From the sequence record CM123845.1: DNA of 32,000 nucleotides; one strand, written 5' to 3'. Below are positions 21,394 to 30,677 of this stretch, one piece after another (position 1 is the stretch's first letter; each line of letters opens with the position of its first letter). The notes beneath the pieces are model-generated. The model did no database searches. It saw nothing but the letters and a program-made list of their open reading frames with translations, and was not told where the DNA came from. A program made the position numbers and the translations under genes.

Positions 21394-22299
21394 TTATCGG
21401 GATTCACGAGACACCAGCCACACGGAAACACCGGACGTTCCAAGATGTGTTCGAGCAATTCGTTGGGCATAGTCAATACGTTGTGAAAAGACATGAAGTG
21501 GTGTTGCTCCATATTTCCAGACATCGCATCGAGCTCGCTGAGATTTTTTAGAACGACCACCAACACGACCTGATACAGCTACACGAACACCTTGAATAGA
21601 AGGCATTGATTCCACCAGTCGAGTAAGTGCTTGTTTAATACGACGAAATCCCACGCGACGTTCTAAAAACCAGACAATTTCATCAGCAACAAATCCTGCA
21701 TCATGCCACATGTGTGTCACACCAATGGGCATCCAATGCACAGGTGCTTGAAAACTACGTTCCATATGATTTCCCATATGATCAACAATCCATTGAGATA
21801 CACGAGATTCTGATGTATGACATGGTAATGATAGGGACGAGTCAACAAGATGTGCTAAAAGATGTTCCATAGGATACGAACCTACAACACGAGATGCAGT
21901 CCATTGTTGTAGCGTGTTTTCAGAAACACCCAACATCGGTGGCATATATCCTGATGTATGGCACGGCATACATACGTCTCGATACCCCCACATAGAGAGA
22001 GGTGGATTGGATACTGACATCGGTGATGAATAGGGCGTATAACATAATGTTGCCATGTGTTCACGATGTGTGTGAGGTGTACAGATAAAACCATAAATAT
22101 ATGTTCCAGTTGGACCATGTTGAATAGCAAGTCGTGGTGTTGGCAACTGTTGTTGAGCACGTAACGTCTGCATATACTCCATATATGCCATGTCACGAGC
22201 GGCCAATTGTTGACGATATCGTCGACTATACCATACAGTATCTTGATGTCGATACTTACTAGCTTGACGAAGCGCAATTGGATGTGCTTTTTGTCCCAT
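21394..22299 (-). CDS. rps3: ribosomal protein S3
   Basis: The ORF-track start at 22308 is GTG. ATG 22297-22299 gives the conserved MGQKAHPIALR. The C-terminal domain is …GVRVAVSGRVGGRSKKSQRARCDVWKYGATPLHVFSQRIDYAQRIARTHLGTSGVSVWL. The middle is divergent. Confidence 0.88.
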   Translation of the reverse strand: MGQKAHPIALRQASKYRHQDTVWYSRRYRQQLAARDMAYMEYMQTLRAQQQLPTPRLAIQHGPTGTYIYGFICTPHTHREHMATLCYTPYSSPMSVSNPPLSMWGYRDVCMPCHTSGYMPPMLGVSENTLQQWTASRVVGSYPMEHLLAHLVDSSLSLPCHTSESRVSQWIVDHMGNHMERSFQAPVHWMPIGVTHMWHDAGFVADEIVWFLERRVGFRRIKQALTRLVESMPSIQGVRVAVSGRVGGRSKKSQRARCDVWKYGATPLHVFSQRIDYAQRIARTHLGTSGVSVWLVSRESR

Positions 22300-22818
22300 A
22301 TCAAACACGAATTTTTTTTACATCTATACATATGTATAACGTCTAGACACATTCTATGGTGTTGTATGTAATCTGTATGTGTACGGTATTTTTATACAAA
22401 ACAAAATACCATACACCTAGAGACTACTTGTAACAAGATATACCATGGTTTTCTATATCAATAGAATGTATAGTATATCTCTATAAAGTACATCTATGTG
22501 AATAGACTCCAAAAGGAGTCTATCACAGTATATTAGTATAGATATGCACACATATTACTATGCTTAGACATTCTACCTATTCCGTAGTCGTCTTCTACGA
22601 TTGATACAACATGTTTTGGAGAGAGATTGCCTGCTTGAGATGCTTTCAGCAGTTGTTGCTCCCAAACGTAACTACCCAGCTGTGCCTCTGGCGAGACAAC
22701 TGGTCCATCAGAGGTTTGTCGTGGTCGGTCCTCTCGTACAAGAACACGCCCTCCGCAGTTGTATACACCCAAAAGAGATAGGATCCATACTGTCTTACGA
22801 CGTATTAAACCCAACTCA

Positions 22819-22852
<34 letters not shown>

Positions 22853-23118
22853 CGAACCTTCTTCAGCTCGAGGATGCGATGAGTCGACATCGAGGTGCCA
22901 AACGACTCCGTCGATAGGAGCTCTTGGGAGTCATCAGCCTGTTATCCCTAGCGTACCTTTGATCCGTTACTCGAGAGCCCATCCACGTGGTACTCCCGGG
23001 TCACTATGGCCGACTTTCGTCTCTGCTCGACCTGTAAGTCTTGCAGTCAGGCAAGCATATACCATTACGCTCTACCATGGGTTTCCGTCCCATGTGAACT
23101 TACCTTTGCACGCTTCCG

Positions 23119-23796
23119 TTACTCTTTAGGCAATGATGTTACTCGTGGTGGTGGCCATTTATACATCATATCTGATGTGAAATACGGTACAATCAAACGA
23201 GATAGACACGTATAACTATGTCCAGATACATAGATACGATACTGATGTCGATCTGGAACTGGCCAACATTGAATTCTATAGCGTGTATTCAACACATCAC
23301 ATAGATACTCACTATCATCTCGTGTAAATCCATGTGTATTCAGATACACTCCTTTGGATGTCTTGGATTTTATACTTCCATCTTCCATATACCATACGGC
23401 CAATGCACGAGGCGTTAACCATATATGAGCTGTACGTGGAACACATTTTGTGCCATGGGGATACCATAGATGCCCAACGGATTGAAAATCAATATGACGT
23501 CGTGTACAAAGTCGATATGTACTTGTGTATCCCTGTTGTGTGGGACAATATCGTACATACAATGCATGCGTGATATAAGGTGCAAACACACTCTGCATCC
23601 AACGTATATAGATTGATTTTCGTGTGGATTGAACAAGAATATATCGGTAGGACGTTGATGTCCGACCACGATACGCTTCAAGATGTCCATCTCCTAAAAG
23701 AGAACCATAAAGAACATCTTGTTGATATTGTGATAGGGATATTGTTTCTATAGACGTTTTTGAAACACACTCAACAATGTGTACCCACCATAAGGT
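23119..23796 (-). CDS. intron-encoded double-motif LAGLIDADG homing endonuclease (open frame of 225 codons; ORF track shows only the 159 codons from the first ATG)
   Basis: The frame is open from the stop at 23797-23799 down to TAA at 23119-23121. Motif 1, LYGSLLGDGHLE (about 23677-23712), lies upstream of the first ATG (23598). Motif 2 is LAVWYMEDGSIK. The start codon is unresolved. Confidence 0.75.
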   Translation of the reverse strand, partial: TLWWVHIVECVSKTSIETISLSQYQQDVLYGSLLGDGHLEAYRGRTSTSYRYILVQSTRKSIYIRWMQSVFAPYITHALYVRYCPTQQGYTSTYRLCTRRHIDFQSVGHLWYPHGTKCVPRTAHIWLTPRALAVWYMEDGSIKSKTSKGVYLNTHGFTRDDSEYLCDVLNTRYRIQCWPVPDRHQYRIYVSGHSYTCLSRLIVPYFTSDMMYKWPPPRVTSLPKE

Positions 23797-24212
23797 CTAT
23801 AGTGTGTGTTGTATCACAACACCATAGACTCTACCAGTCGCCTGGTAGTTCAGACTATATCATCATCCTAAAAACACACATGCACGCTCTCTCGTGGATA
23901 TACATAGAGATACGTCACGATGTTCTATAGGATGTTCGGCGTGTAGTCGTTGAGGATCCTACTCATACACCAAAGTGTACTTTGGTTTCCTGCTGATTAT
24001 CTGCACTCTACTACTGTCTGCTCCATACGAGACATCATTGTCTCGGGTGGAGTTGTCGAGATTCTTTATACTCTTTCTTGAGTATGTATCACCATCTCAT
24101 ATCTAGAAAATGTAACGCGCGTCTTGTGGGGTTTTTCTAGTATGGATGAACAGACGTTCCAGCATATAGCCGAATGTATCACACGTATGTTACCATACGT
24201 GGGCTCCATATA
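23131..24212 (-). mobile_element. group I intron in rrnL, inserted just 3' of the P-loop (GGGGCGG) helix, about E. coli 23S position 2260
   Basis: The conserved LSU sequence …GGGTAGTTTAACTGGGGCGGTTGCTT stops at 24213 and resumes at 23130 as CCTAAAGAGTAACGGAAGCG…. The 5' exon ends in T(U) and the insert ends in G (…CATCATTG). The insert contains a LAGLIDADG ORF. Confidence 0.85.
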
Positions 24213-24479
24213 AAGCAACCGCCCCAGTTAAACTACCCATGTATCACGTTTCCTACAGACATGTAGGTGAGATACAAGAGACACGCAGGGTGGTATTTCA
24301 AGAGTGCCATAGGCTCCCACCTATGCTACACAACGTGTATCCAGTATCAATAATACATTGCAGTAAAGGTGCATAGGGTCTTACCGTCTACTTTTGGGGA
24401 CTCCGCATCTGCACGGAGAATTCAATTTCACTGAGTGTATATTGGAGACAGCGGGGCAGTCGTGACACCATTCATGCAC

Positions 24480-24524
<45 letters not shown>

Positions 24525-24584
24525 GAGTTACGGCCGCCGTTTACTGGACCTTCGATTTCAAGCGTGAACCTGTCCTGTTCGGTA

Positions 24585-24615
<31 letters not shown>

Positions 24616-24631
24616 GTCGTGTTACCACTTG

Positions 24632-24662
<31 letters not shown>

Positions 24663-26289
24663 TACCCCCTATACTGTGCCACCATGCATATGCATGGTCC
24701 TCCATATTCCAAAGGTACGGAGGCAATTTGCCGAGTTCCTTCAATATACGTATCTCATCGCCTGAGTGCACTTACACCAATTCACCTGTGTTGGTTTGGG
24801 GTACGGTTATATGCATGGCACCATGCTCTTTCCTGGACATTGTATCTAGAGATATCGAGTTCCACAAACGATATCTCTACATCCCCATGTCGTCACATGG
24901 TGCATACTACCCATCAGCCCGCGGTGTTCACCGGGTGCCTTAGGGGCCGATTGACTCTACACCGTATACCGTACTGTAGAAACCCTGGAATTTTCGGCGA
25001 TCCTGGTTTTCACAGGATATGTCGTTACTCATGTCAGCATTCTCACTTCTGAAATCTCCAGGAGTATTCACATACCCCCTTCATACAATATACAGAACGT
25101 TCTGCTACCCTTATAGTCTGTATGAATATACCATAATATGGTATACACAACTATAAGCCGCCGCGTCGGTACATATCTTGAGCTCCGTGACATTGTTGGC
25201 GCTTTCACGCATCGACCAGTGAGCTATTACGCTATCATCATAAGGTGGCTGCTTCCAAGCCTACTTCCTGGTTGTCAAAGCGTGAAAACTTCCTTTCCCA
25301 CTCAGATATGGTTTGGGAACCTTAGCGTTCGATCTGGGCTGTTTCCCTCTCGACACAGGACCTTTGCACCCTGTGTCTGTCTCCATCGCTGATGGTATGG
25401 GTATTTGGAGTTTTCCTGGAGACAGTCAAGCTTTGGGCCACCTGTCACCAAAAAGTGCTCTACCCCCCATACATCCTATGATGGGCTCTACCTCAATAGA
25501 TTTCGCAGAAAACCAGCTATTTCCAGGTTCGATTGGCTTTTCACCCCTCGTCACATGTCATCTCCGTCTATTGCCACAGACGTGAGTGAGGTCCTCTGAT
25601 CTAGGATAGTAGATCTTCCACCGGCACATAACGAGATCACCTGGTTTCGGGTCAGATAGAGCGTACATTTCTATGTTGTGTGACAACTCGCGTTGACTAG
25701 GCCTCCACCTACTGGCTTAAGCGTGCACGCTCTATCTACTCGCTGACCCATTATGCAAAAGGTACGCCGTCACCCACTACACATAGCGGGCTTCGACTGC
25801 TTGTAGGCATACCGTTTCAGGATCTATTTCACTCCCCTCTCGGGGTACTTTTTCACCTTTCCCTCACGGTACTCTATACTATCGATCATATTGCAGTATT
25901 TAGGCTTAGAGGGTGGTCCCCCTATATTCCCACAAACTCGGATGTTCGTGGTACTCATATACTGTATACCACCGTTTGATGTATGAACAACGGGACTCTC
26001 ACCCTCTTTGGTATAGGATTCCACCTATTTAGTCCATATGGTATGAACAATGTGTATACAGGGCCTATTTCGCGTTCGCTCACCACTACTAACGAAATCT
26101 CGGTTGATGTCTTTTCCTCCAGCTACTTAGATGTTTCAGTTGGCTGGGTGTCTTTGAATCAATGGAGTTTTCTCCAGGGAAATCCATGGGTCTCAGCATC
26201 ATGACAGCTCGCCATGGCGTTTCGTTGTCGAGTACGTCCCATGCAATATGTCAAGGCATCCACGATATGCCCTCTCATATGTGTCGTGG

Positions 26290-26362
26290 TAGCGAAAGAG
26301 GGACTTGAACCCCCAACCTGTGGATTATGACTCCAATGTTCTACCAATTGAACTATTCCGCC
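26290..26362 (-). tRNA. trnM: tRNA with anticodon CAU (elongator Met or lysidine-modified Ile; identity unresolved)
   Basis: Reverse strand with acceptor GGCGGAA/TTTCGCT (two G-U pairs), D-arm GTTC..GAAC, anticodon loop GTCATAA, and T-arm GGGGG-TTCAAGT-CCCTC. 73 nt. It sits between rrn5 and rrnL. Confidence 0.85.
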
Positions 26363-26366
26363 ATAC

Positions 26367-26485
26367 TTCAAAGGACTTTACCTACGTCTCCCGCGGGGTG
26401 CAGTACATATAGTATAGAGTGGGGTCACATATCGAAGTCAGCTGGGTTCGGGTGTAGCACACTCTATCTCAGAAAATCCCTTGAA
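26367..26485 (-). rRNA. rrn5: 5S rRNA
   Basis: The reverse strand reads TTCAAGGGATTTTCTGAGATAGAGTGTGCTACACCCGAACCCAGCTGACTTCGATATGTGACCCCACTCTATACTATATGTACTGCACCCCGCGGGAGACGTAGGTAAAGTCCTTTGAA. Helix I is TTCAAGGGATTTT/AAAGTCCTTTGAA. The helix ATAGAGTG/CACTCTAT encloses the loop C motif CCCGAACCC. It also has a helix IV hairpin CCCGCGGG followed by GAGAC. 119 nt. Confidence 0.82.
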
Positions 26486-26558
26486 CATACTATAGAAAAT
26501 GTATCTCTATAGACAATGCTATACGTCTACAACAAGCATAGCATCTCTGTTGATAGTA

Positions 26559-26786
<228 letters not shown>

Positions 26787-26845
26787 CTATATATACTATC
26801 TTTGAGTCTAAATCAGGGCATCGACCATAGGTCTATATGGTCTTG

Positions 26846-26917
26846 TATCCCCTACGGGGTTTGAACCCGTGTTCCTGCCTTGAAAAGGCAGTGTCCTAAC
26901 CACTAGACGAAGGGGAC
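26846..26917 (-). tRNA. trnE: tRNA-Glu (anticodon UUC)
   Basis: Reverse strand with acceptor GTCCCCT/AGGGGAT, anticodon stem CTGCC/GGCAG with loop TTTTCAA, and T-arm ACGGG-TTCAAAC-CCCGT. 72 nt. Confidence 0.9.
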
Positions 26918-27011
26918 ATGTTATGTGGAGAGACTGGACTAGAGATCTGGTGTGCATCTCATATAGAGCGACATAGCATCTCTCATATTTGTATCCAAAA
27001 AAACATCAAGG

Positions 27012-27545
27012 ATGACATCGGCAACATATTATACAACTATTGTGGCACAGGATATGATGTATAAAGGATATACATATACCCCTCATACAACACCCTATCC
27101 GCAAAGTATTCATGTACATACAACACCAGGAACTCAAGTAGACCATGTTGTAGCAAGTGGTGCCCTGGTGACATCTATTACTGGTCAATGTCCTCAATGG
27201 ACCCGAGCTCATACTGCAATGGCAGGATTTCGACTTCGCCAAGACCAAGTATTAGGATGCCGTGTTACATTACGTCATGACATGATGTGGAATTTTATGC
27301 ATAAAGTAATCCATATGGCTTGGACTCGACATCGAGATTACCAAGGTCTCTCTGTGACATCTATGAATACTCTCGGTCATTGGAGCATTGGATGTCATGA
27401 TGTTTTTATGTACCCTGAAGTGGAATATTTATGGGAATATATTCCTGGTGTTCAAGGCCTTGATATGAGTTTTGTATGTTCTCCCACGTCTCCCACATTG
27501 GCAGCATGTTTGTGGAGTGGACTTGCCATTCCTGTAAAAATGTAA
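27012..27545 (+). CDS. rpl5: ribosomal protein L5
   Basis: 177-aa ORF with the L5 core …MAGFRLRQDQVLGCRVTLRHDMMWNFMHKVIHMAWTRHRDYQGLS…YPEVEY…GLDMSFV…. The N-terminus is divergent. Confidence 0.82.
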   Translation: MTSATYYTTIVAQDMMYKGYTYTPHTTPYPQSIHVHTTPGTQVDHVVASGALVTSITGQCPQWTRAHTAMAGFRLRQDQVLGCRVTLRHDMMWNFMHKVIHMAWTRHRDYQGLSVTSMNTLGHWSIGCHDVFMYPEVEYLWEYIPGVQGLDMSFVCSPTSPTLAACLWSGLAIPVKM

Positions 27546-27552
27546 TATATCC

Positions 27553-28092
27553 ATGGCACGTACAACATCAACATATACCCTATGTTTACCATCCCACGTG
27601 ACATTTCAAAGTCATCATGGTGGTTGGACATTTCATGGGCCATTGGGGTCTCTAACCCTAGACATTGCTCATATGGATCCCCATGGTTCTATTGCATGGC
27701 ACTATACAGAACATGCTCTAACAATTAGTGGCACAACACCAGCCCTGGTAGGTTTATGGCGTGGACGTCTTGCAAGTATTATCCATGGTATTACTCGTGG
27801 CCATAGTGTTATGCTCTATCTTCGAGGTATTGGATATCGAGCTCAAGTTCGTGATGAGTATATCTATCTTAAAGTAGGAACCAGTCATGATATTATGTAT
27901 CGTCTTCCTCAAGGTATTCGTGTGTATACACCCGATCCCACATGTATTGTCCTGTTTGGTGTTGATCGCGGCCAAATCACACAAATTGCAGCGTCATTAA
28001 CCCATCTTCGACCTCCGTCAGCCTATCAATCTAAAGGTATTTACTATGCTCATGGTGTACACTACCGCCGTAAAACAGGCAAACGAAAATAA
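27553..28092 (+). CDS. rpl6: ribosomal protein L6
   Basis: 179-aa ORF with …GHSVMLYLRGIGYRAQVRDEYIYLKVGTSHDIMYRLPQGIRV…LRPPSAYQSKGIYYA…. Confidence 0.85.
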   Translation: MARTTSTYTLCLPSHVTFQSHHGGWTFHGPLGSLTLDIAHMDPHGSIAWHYTEHALTISGTTPALVGLWRGRLASIIHGITRGHSVMLYLRGIGYRAQVRDEYIYLKVGTSHDIMYRLPQGIRVYTPDPTCIVLFGVDRGQITQIAASLTHLRPPSAYQSKGIYYAHGVHYRRKTGKRK

Positions 28093-28101
28093 TTGATTTG
28101 T

Positions 28102-28470
28102 ATGGCATATCTTTTTCAACGATATGTATCTCCATCTGTTTTGGTCACACAAGCTCTTCAAGATATTCCTGGGATTGGTATGTATCAAGCATCTCAAATC
28201 TGTGATGAAATGGGGTTTTCAACACAAATGCGAGTATGTGAAATTTCCCAACATGATTGGGAACACATGCAACAACTTGTATCCACCTACTATCATACAG
28301 GTCAAGACACATATCGACGTCGCGTACAAGCGATTCGTCGTCTTATTGCTATAGGAACGTACCGTGGATTTCGTCATGTTGCTCATCTTCCAGTTCGAGG
28401 ACAACGAACTCATACGAATGCACGAAGTCGACGACGTAGTCCACGTGTGACAGCAACGTCACGTACATAA
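28102..28470 (+). CDS. rps13: ribosomal protein S13
   Basis: The ORF-track start at 28093 is TTG and the first ATG is at 28102. It has …ALQDIPGIGMYQASQIC… and …IGTYRGFRHVAHLPVRGQRTHTNARSRR. Confidence 0.88.
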   Translation: MAYLFQRYVSPSVLVTQALQDIPGIGMYQASQICDEMGFSTQMRVCEISQHDWEHMQQLVSTYYHTGQDTYRRRVQAIRRLIAIGTYRGFRHVAHLPVRGQRTHTNARSRRRSPRVTATSRT

Positions 28471-28530
28471 GGATGGAACACGCTTCAGTGTTCTATACTG
28501 TACTTGTAGTCTATAGACTAGTCAACACAT

Positions 28531-28560
28531 TTTTAAATCTTATATTTTTAAATCTTATAT
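28531..28560. repeat. perfect 2 x 15-nt tandem repeat (ttttaaatcttatat) in AT-rich spacer
   Basis: 28531-28545 is identical to 28546-28560. It is followed by gtgtatac-gtgtatac and an AT-rich tract leading to the rps11 ATG. Confidence 0.95.
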
Positions 28561-28643
28561 ATATATTTGATATGTATATTCTGTGTATACGTGTATACTA
28601 CACATAGATATCAGAGCTATAATTAAAAATAGACATAATATTT

Positions 28644-29021
28644 ATGTACCAATCAGACAAATTTGCGCGGCCAGCTCGAGCACCTGGTATTATGACTATT
28701 CAGTCAACAAGTAATAATACTATAGTGACACTTGCTGATACCTCTGGTCATACACTCGCATGGACAAGTGCAGGTAGCTTGGGGTTTCGTCATAGTCGAA
28801 AATCCACCACATATGGTGCTCAAGCAGTGGGTGAATATATGGCAACAGTCGCCCTTGGTATGGGTATTCGTCGTGTGTATGTTCGCGTCAAAGGTCTTGG
28901 CTATGGAAAAGATAGTTGTGTTCGTGCTCTTGCACAATCGGGTATGGAGATTCTTCGTATTCACGATACAACACCAATTGCCCATAATGGCTGCCGAGTT
29001 CCTCGACGTCGACGAACATAA
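28644..29021 (+). CDS. rps11: ribosomal protein S11
   Basis: 125-aa ORF …STSNNTIVTLADTSGHTLAWTSAGSLGFRHSRKSTTYGAQ…IHDTTPIAHNGCRVPRRRR. Confidence 0.93.
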   Translation: MYQSDKFARPARAPGIMTIQSTSNNTIVTLADTSGHTLAWTSAGSLGFRHSRKSTTYGAQAVGEYMATVALGMGIRRVYVRVKGLGYGKDSCVRALAQSGMEILRIHDTTPIAHNGCRVPRRRRT

Positions 29022-29070
29022 TCCACAGAACAGTGTTTACGGGAGATATACGACACACGCTTTATTAACA

Positions 29071-29090
29071 ATATAAACAATATAATCTCT
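29071..29090. repeat. copy 2 of exact 20-nt dispersed repeat atataaacaatataatctct
   Basis: Identical to 20024-20043. It lies 49 nt downstream of the rps11 stop, and its last nt is the discriminator position of trnP on the other strand. Confidence 0.95.
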
Positions 29091-29163
29091 CAGGGTGGCA
29101 GGATTTGAACCTACGACCTCCTGTTCCCAAAACAGGCGCGCTACCAAACTGCGCTACACCCTG
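29090..29163 (-). tRNA. trnP: tRNA-Pro (anticodon UGG)
   Basis: Reverse strand with acceptor CAGGGTG/CACCCTG, D-arm GCGC..GCGC, anticodon stem CCTGT/ACAGG with loop TTTGGGA, and T-loop TTCAAAT. 74 nt. Confidence 0.9.
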
Positions 29164-29221
29164 CTTATGATATAGATCAACGCTTGACGTTGCGCATGTG
29201 TATGGTAATCACAGCTATACA

Positions 29222-29292
29222 AGCGGGTAATGGGAATCGAACCCATATCAGCTGCTTGGAAGGCAGACAATTTACCATTAATCCATACCCGC
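29222..29292 (-). tRNA. trnG: tRNA-Gly (anticodon UCC)
   Basis: Reverse strand with acceptor GCGGGTA/TACCCGC, anticodon stem TCTGC/GCAGC with loop CTTCCAA, and T-arm ATGGG-TTCGATT-CCCAT. 71 nt. Confidence 0.9.
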
Positions 29293-29367
29293 ATACCAGA
29301 GTCGAGAGATCAACTATGATAAGAACATCGTGTCGTATCATGATGTGTTGATATTGCCGACAATCAT

Positions 29368-29443
29368 GGGCGAATAACGGGATTTGAACCCGTGTTTTCA
29401 GAGTCACAGTCTGACACTTTGACCGACTAAGTTATATTCACCC
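29368..29443 (-). tRNA. trnH: tRNA-His (anticodon GUG) with genomically encoded G-1
   Basis: Reverse strand with G(-1) then GGTGAAT…ATTCGCC then C73, anticodon stem TCAGA/TCTGA with loop CTGTGAC, and T-arm ACGGG-TTCAAAT-CCCGT. Confidence 0.88.
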
Positions 29444-29454
29444 TAGATATAGCG

Positions 29455-29799
29455 TTACCAACTCGCTTTATAGACACCTGGAAGACGTCCTTGAGCAGCA
29501 AGACGTCGAAATACAAGTCGAGACACACGATATCGACGTAACACACCACGACTTCGACCAGAGACAATGCATCGACGATGAGTACGTGTGAGTGATGTAC
29601 TTCGTGCTATATCATGAAGAGCTTGCATGACGCAACTTCGTTGATGTGGGTTGAGATGTTGATCGTGATATAACGCCATAAGAGCACGTCGGCGAATTTC
29701 ATACTCTTTATACAAGCGTCGACGAGCAAGATCACGATTCATACAAGCGGAACGAGTACGAGACATACAACACGTTGTGTTTTTAAACAAGAGACACAT
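29455..29799 (-). CDS. rps14: ribosomal protein S14
   Basis: The C-terminus RCIVSGRSRGVLRRYRVSRLVFRRLAAQGRLPGVYKASW is the S14 signature. The true start may be the internal ATG at 29764-29766 (MSRTRSACMNRDLARRR…). Confidence 0.9.
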   Translation of the reverse strand: MCLLFKNTTCCMSRTRSACMNRDLARRRLYKEYEIRRRALMALYHDQHLNPHQRSCVMQALHDIARSTSLTRTHRRCIVSGRSRGVLRRYRVSRLVFRRLAAQGRLPGVYKASW

Positions 29800-29813
29800 A
29801 TAGAAACTATATC

Positions 29814-29885
29814 AGCGGAAAAAGGGATTTGAACCCTCGACCTCGGCCTTGGCAAGGCAGCGCTCTACCACTGAGCTATTTCCGC
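29814..29885 (-). tRNA. trnG: tRNA-Gly (anticodon GCC)
   Basis: Reverse strand with acceptor GCGGAAA/TTTCCGC, D-arm GCTC..GAGC, anticodon loop TTGCCAA, and T-arm GAGGG-TTCAAAT-CCCTT. 72 nt. Its first 10 nt overlap the rps2 3' end. Confidence 0.9.
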
Positions 29886-30556
29886 GAACACATACCAAGT
29901 AATAGCACAAGAGTGTGATAGATTTGAGAGACATGTCCCATAGATACAGGAATTGGATAGTGAATATGTGTACATGGTGTATCTGATTCAACAAAACCAA
30001 TCACGGGAATATGCATTCGTGCTGCCTCGTCCACAATATAGGGTGTACCTCCTGGATTCAGAAGAATAAGAATATCTGGTCGAGGTGATGGAACACCCTG
30101 TGATGAAATAAGACCTTGAAAATGACGACGAACACGACGGTATCGAGGAAACTCAAGAAGATCTTGAGATAATCGTGTGGAACAACGATGTTCAAACATA
30201 CCATAGGATAATACCGAACGAGACACACTCGACCAGTTTGTCAGGGTACCGGGAGTCCATGCATGACTACTATAACTGACAGACTCACGATGCATGTGAG
30301 AGAGTCCTTGAACCACAAAAGCACACTGAGGTGATGTATTCACAACCCAGACGTGACCACCTTGTTGAATAATATCATACAGCACACGAGCTGCACGTAG
30401 AACACCACGACGATATTGAGGTGATGTAGACACCACCATACCATCCCGTTCACCGTATACCAGGGATGTGGTGCTAGGATGCCATCCACGATGTCGAGCA
30501 ATATCTTGTCGAGAGTGTTGCCATACACTACTTGGTAACCATGTCCAATGTGTCAT
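29876..30556 (-). CDS. rps2: ribosomal protein S2
   Basis: 226-aa ORF with …GGHVWVVNTSPQ…WTPGTLTNW… and …PDILILLNPGGTPYIVDEAARMHIPVIGFVESD…, matching S2 landmarks. The stop TAG (29876-29878) lies inside trnG(GCC). Confidence 0.85.
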   Translation of the reverse strand: MTHWTWLPSSVWQHSRQDIARHRGWHPSTTSLVYGERDGMVVSTSPQYRRGVLRAARVLYDIIQQGGHVWVVNTSPQCAFVVQGLSHMHRESVSYSSHAWTPGTLTNWSSVSRSVLSYGMFEHRCSTRLSQDLLEFPRYRRVRRHFQGLISSQGVPSPRPDILILLNPGGTPYIVDEAARMHIPVIGFVESDTPCTHIHYPIPVSMGHVSQIYHTLVLLLGMCSRK

Positions 30557-30677
30557 AAAAAGGTGTTTTTAGAAATCCAGTAGACACTCTCTTGTACATA
30601 TATGCTGGAGTACGTATCATGTGTTATATACATACTAGAGAGAGTATCATGAGAGATCGTCTCAAAGAGAGGTGTTG

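Noticed and set aside
21882-22352. 156-aa alternative-frame ORF over rps3. Similar overlapping or antisense ORFs occur in other genes, for example 8571-8933 and 8861-9124 (nad7), 3732-4217 (tatC), 4411-4764 (rps4), 14741-15016 (nad5) and 27006-27248 (rpl5).
   Set aside because: Each is nested in, or antisense to, a gene with clear homology. Their sequences are low-complexity products of the YR-alternating composition.
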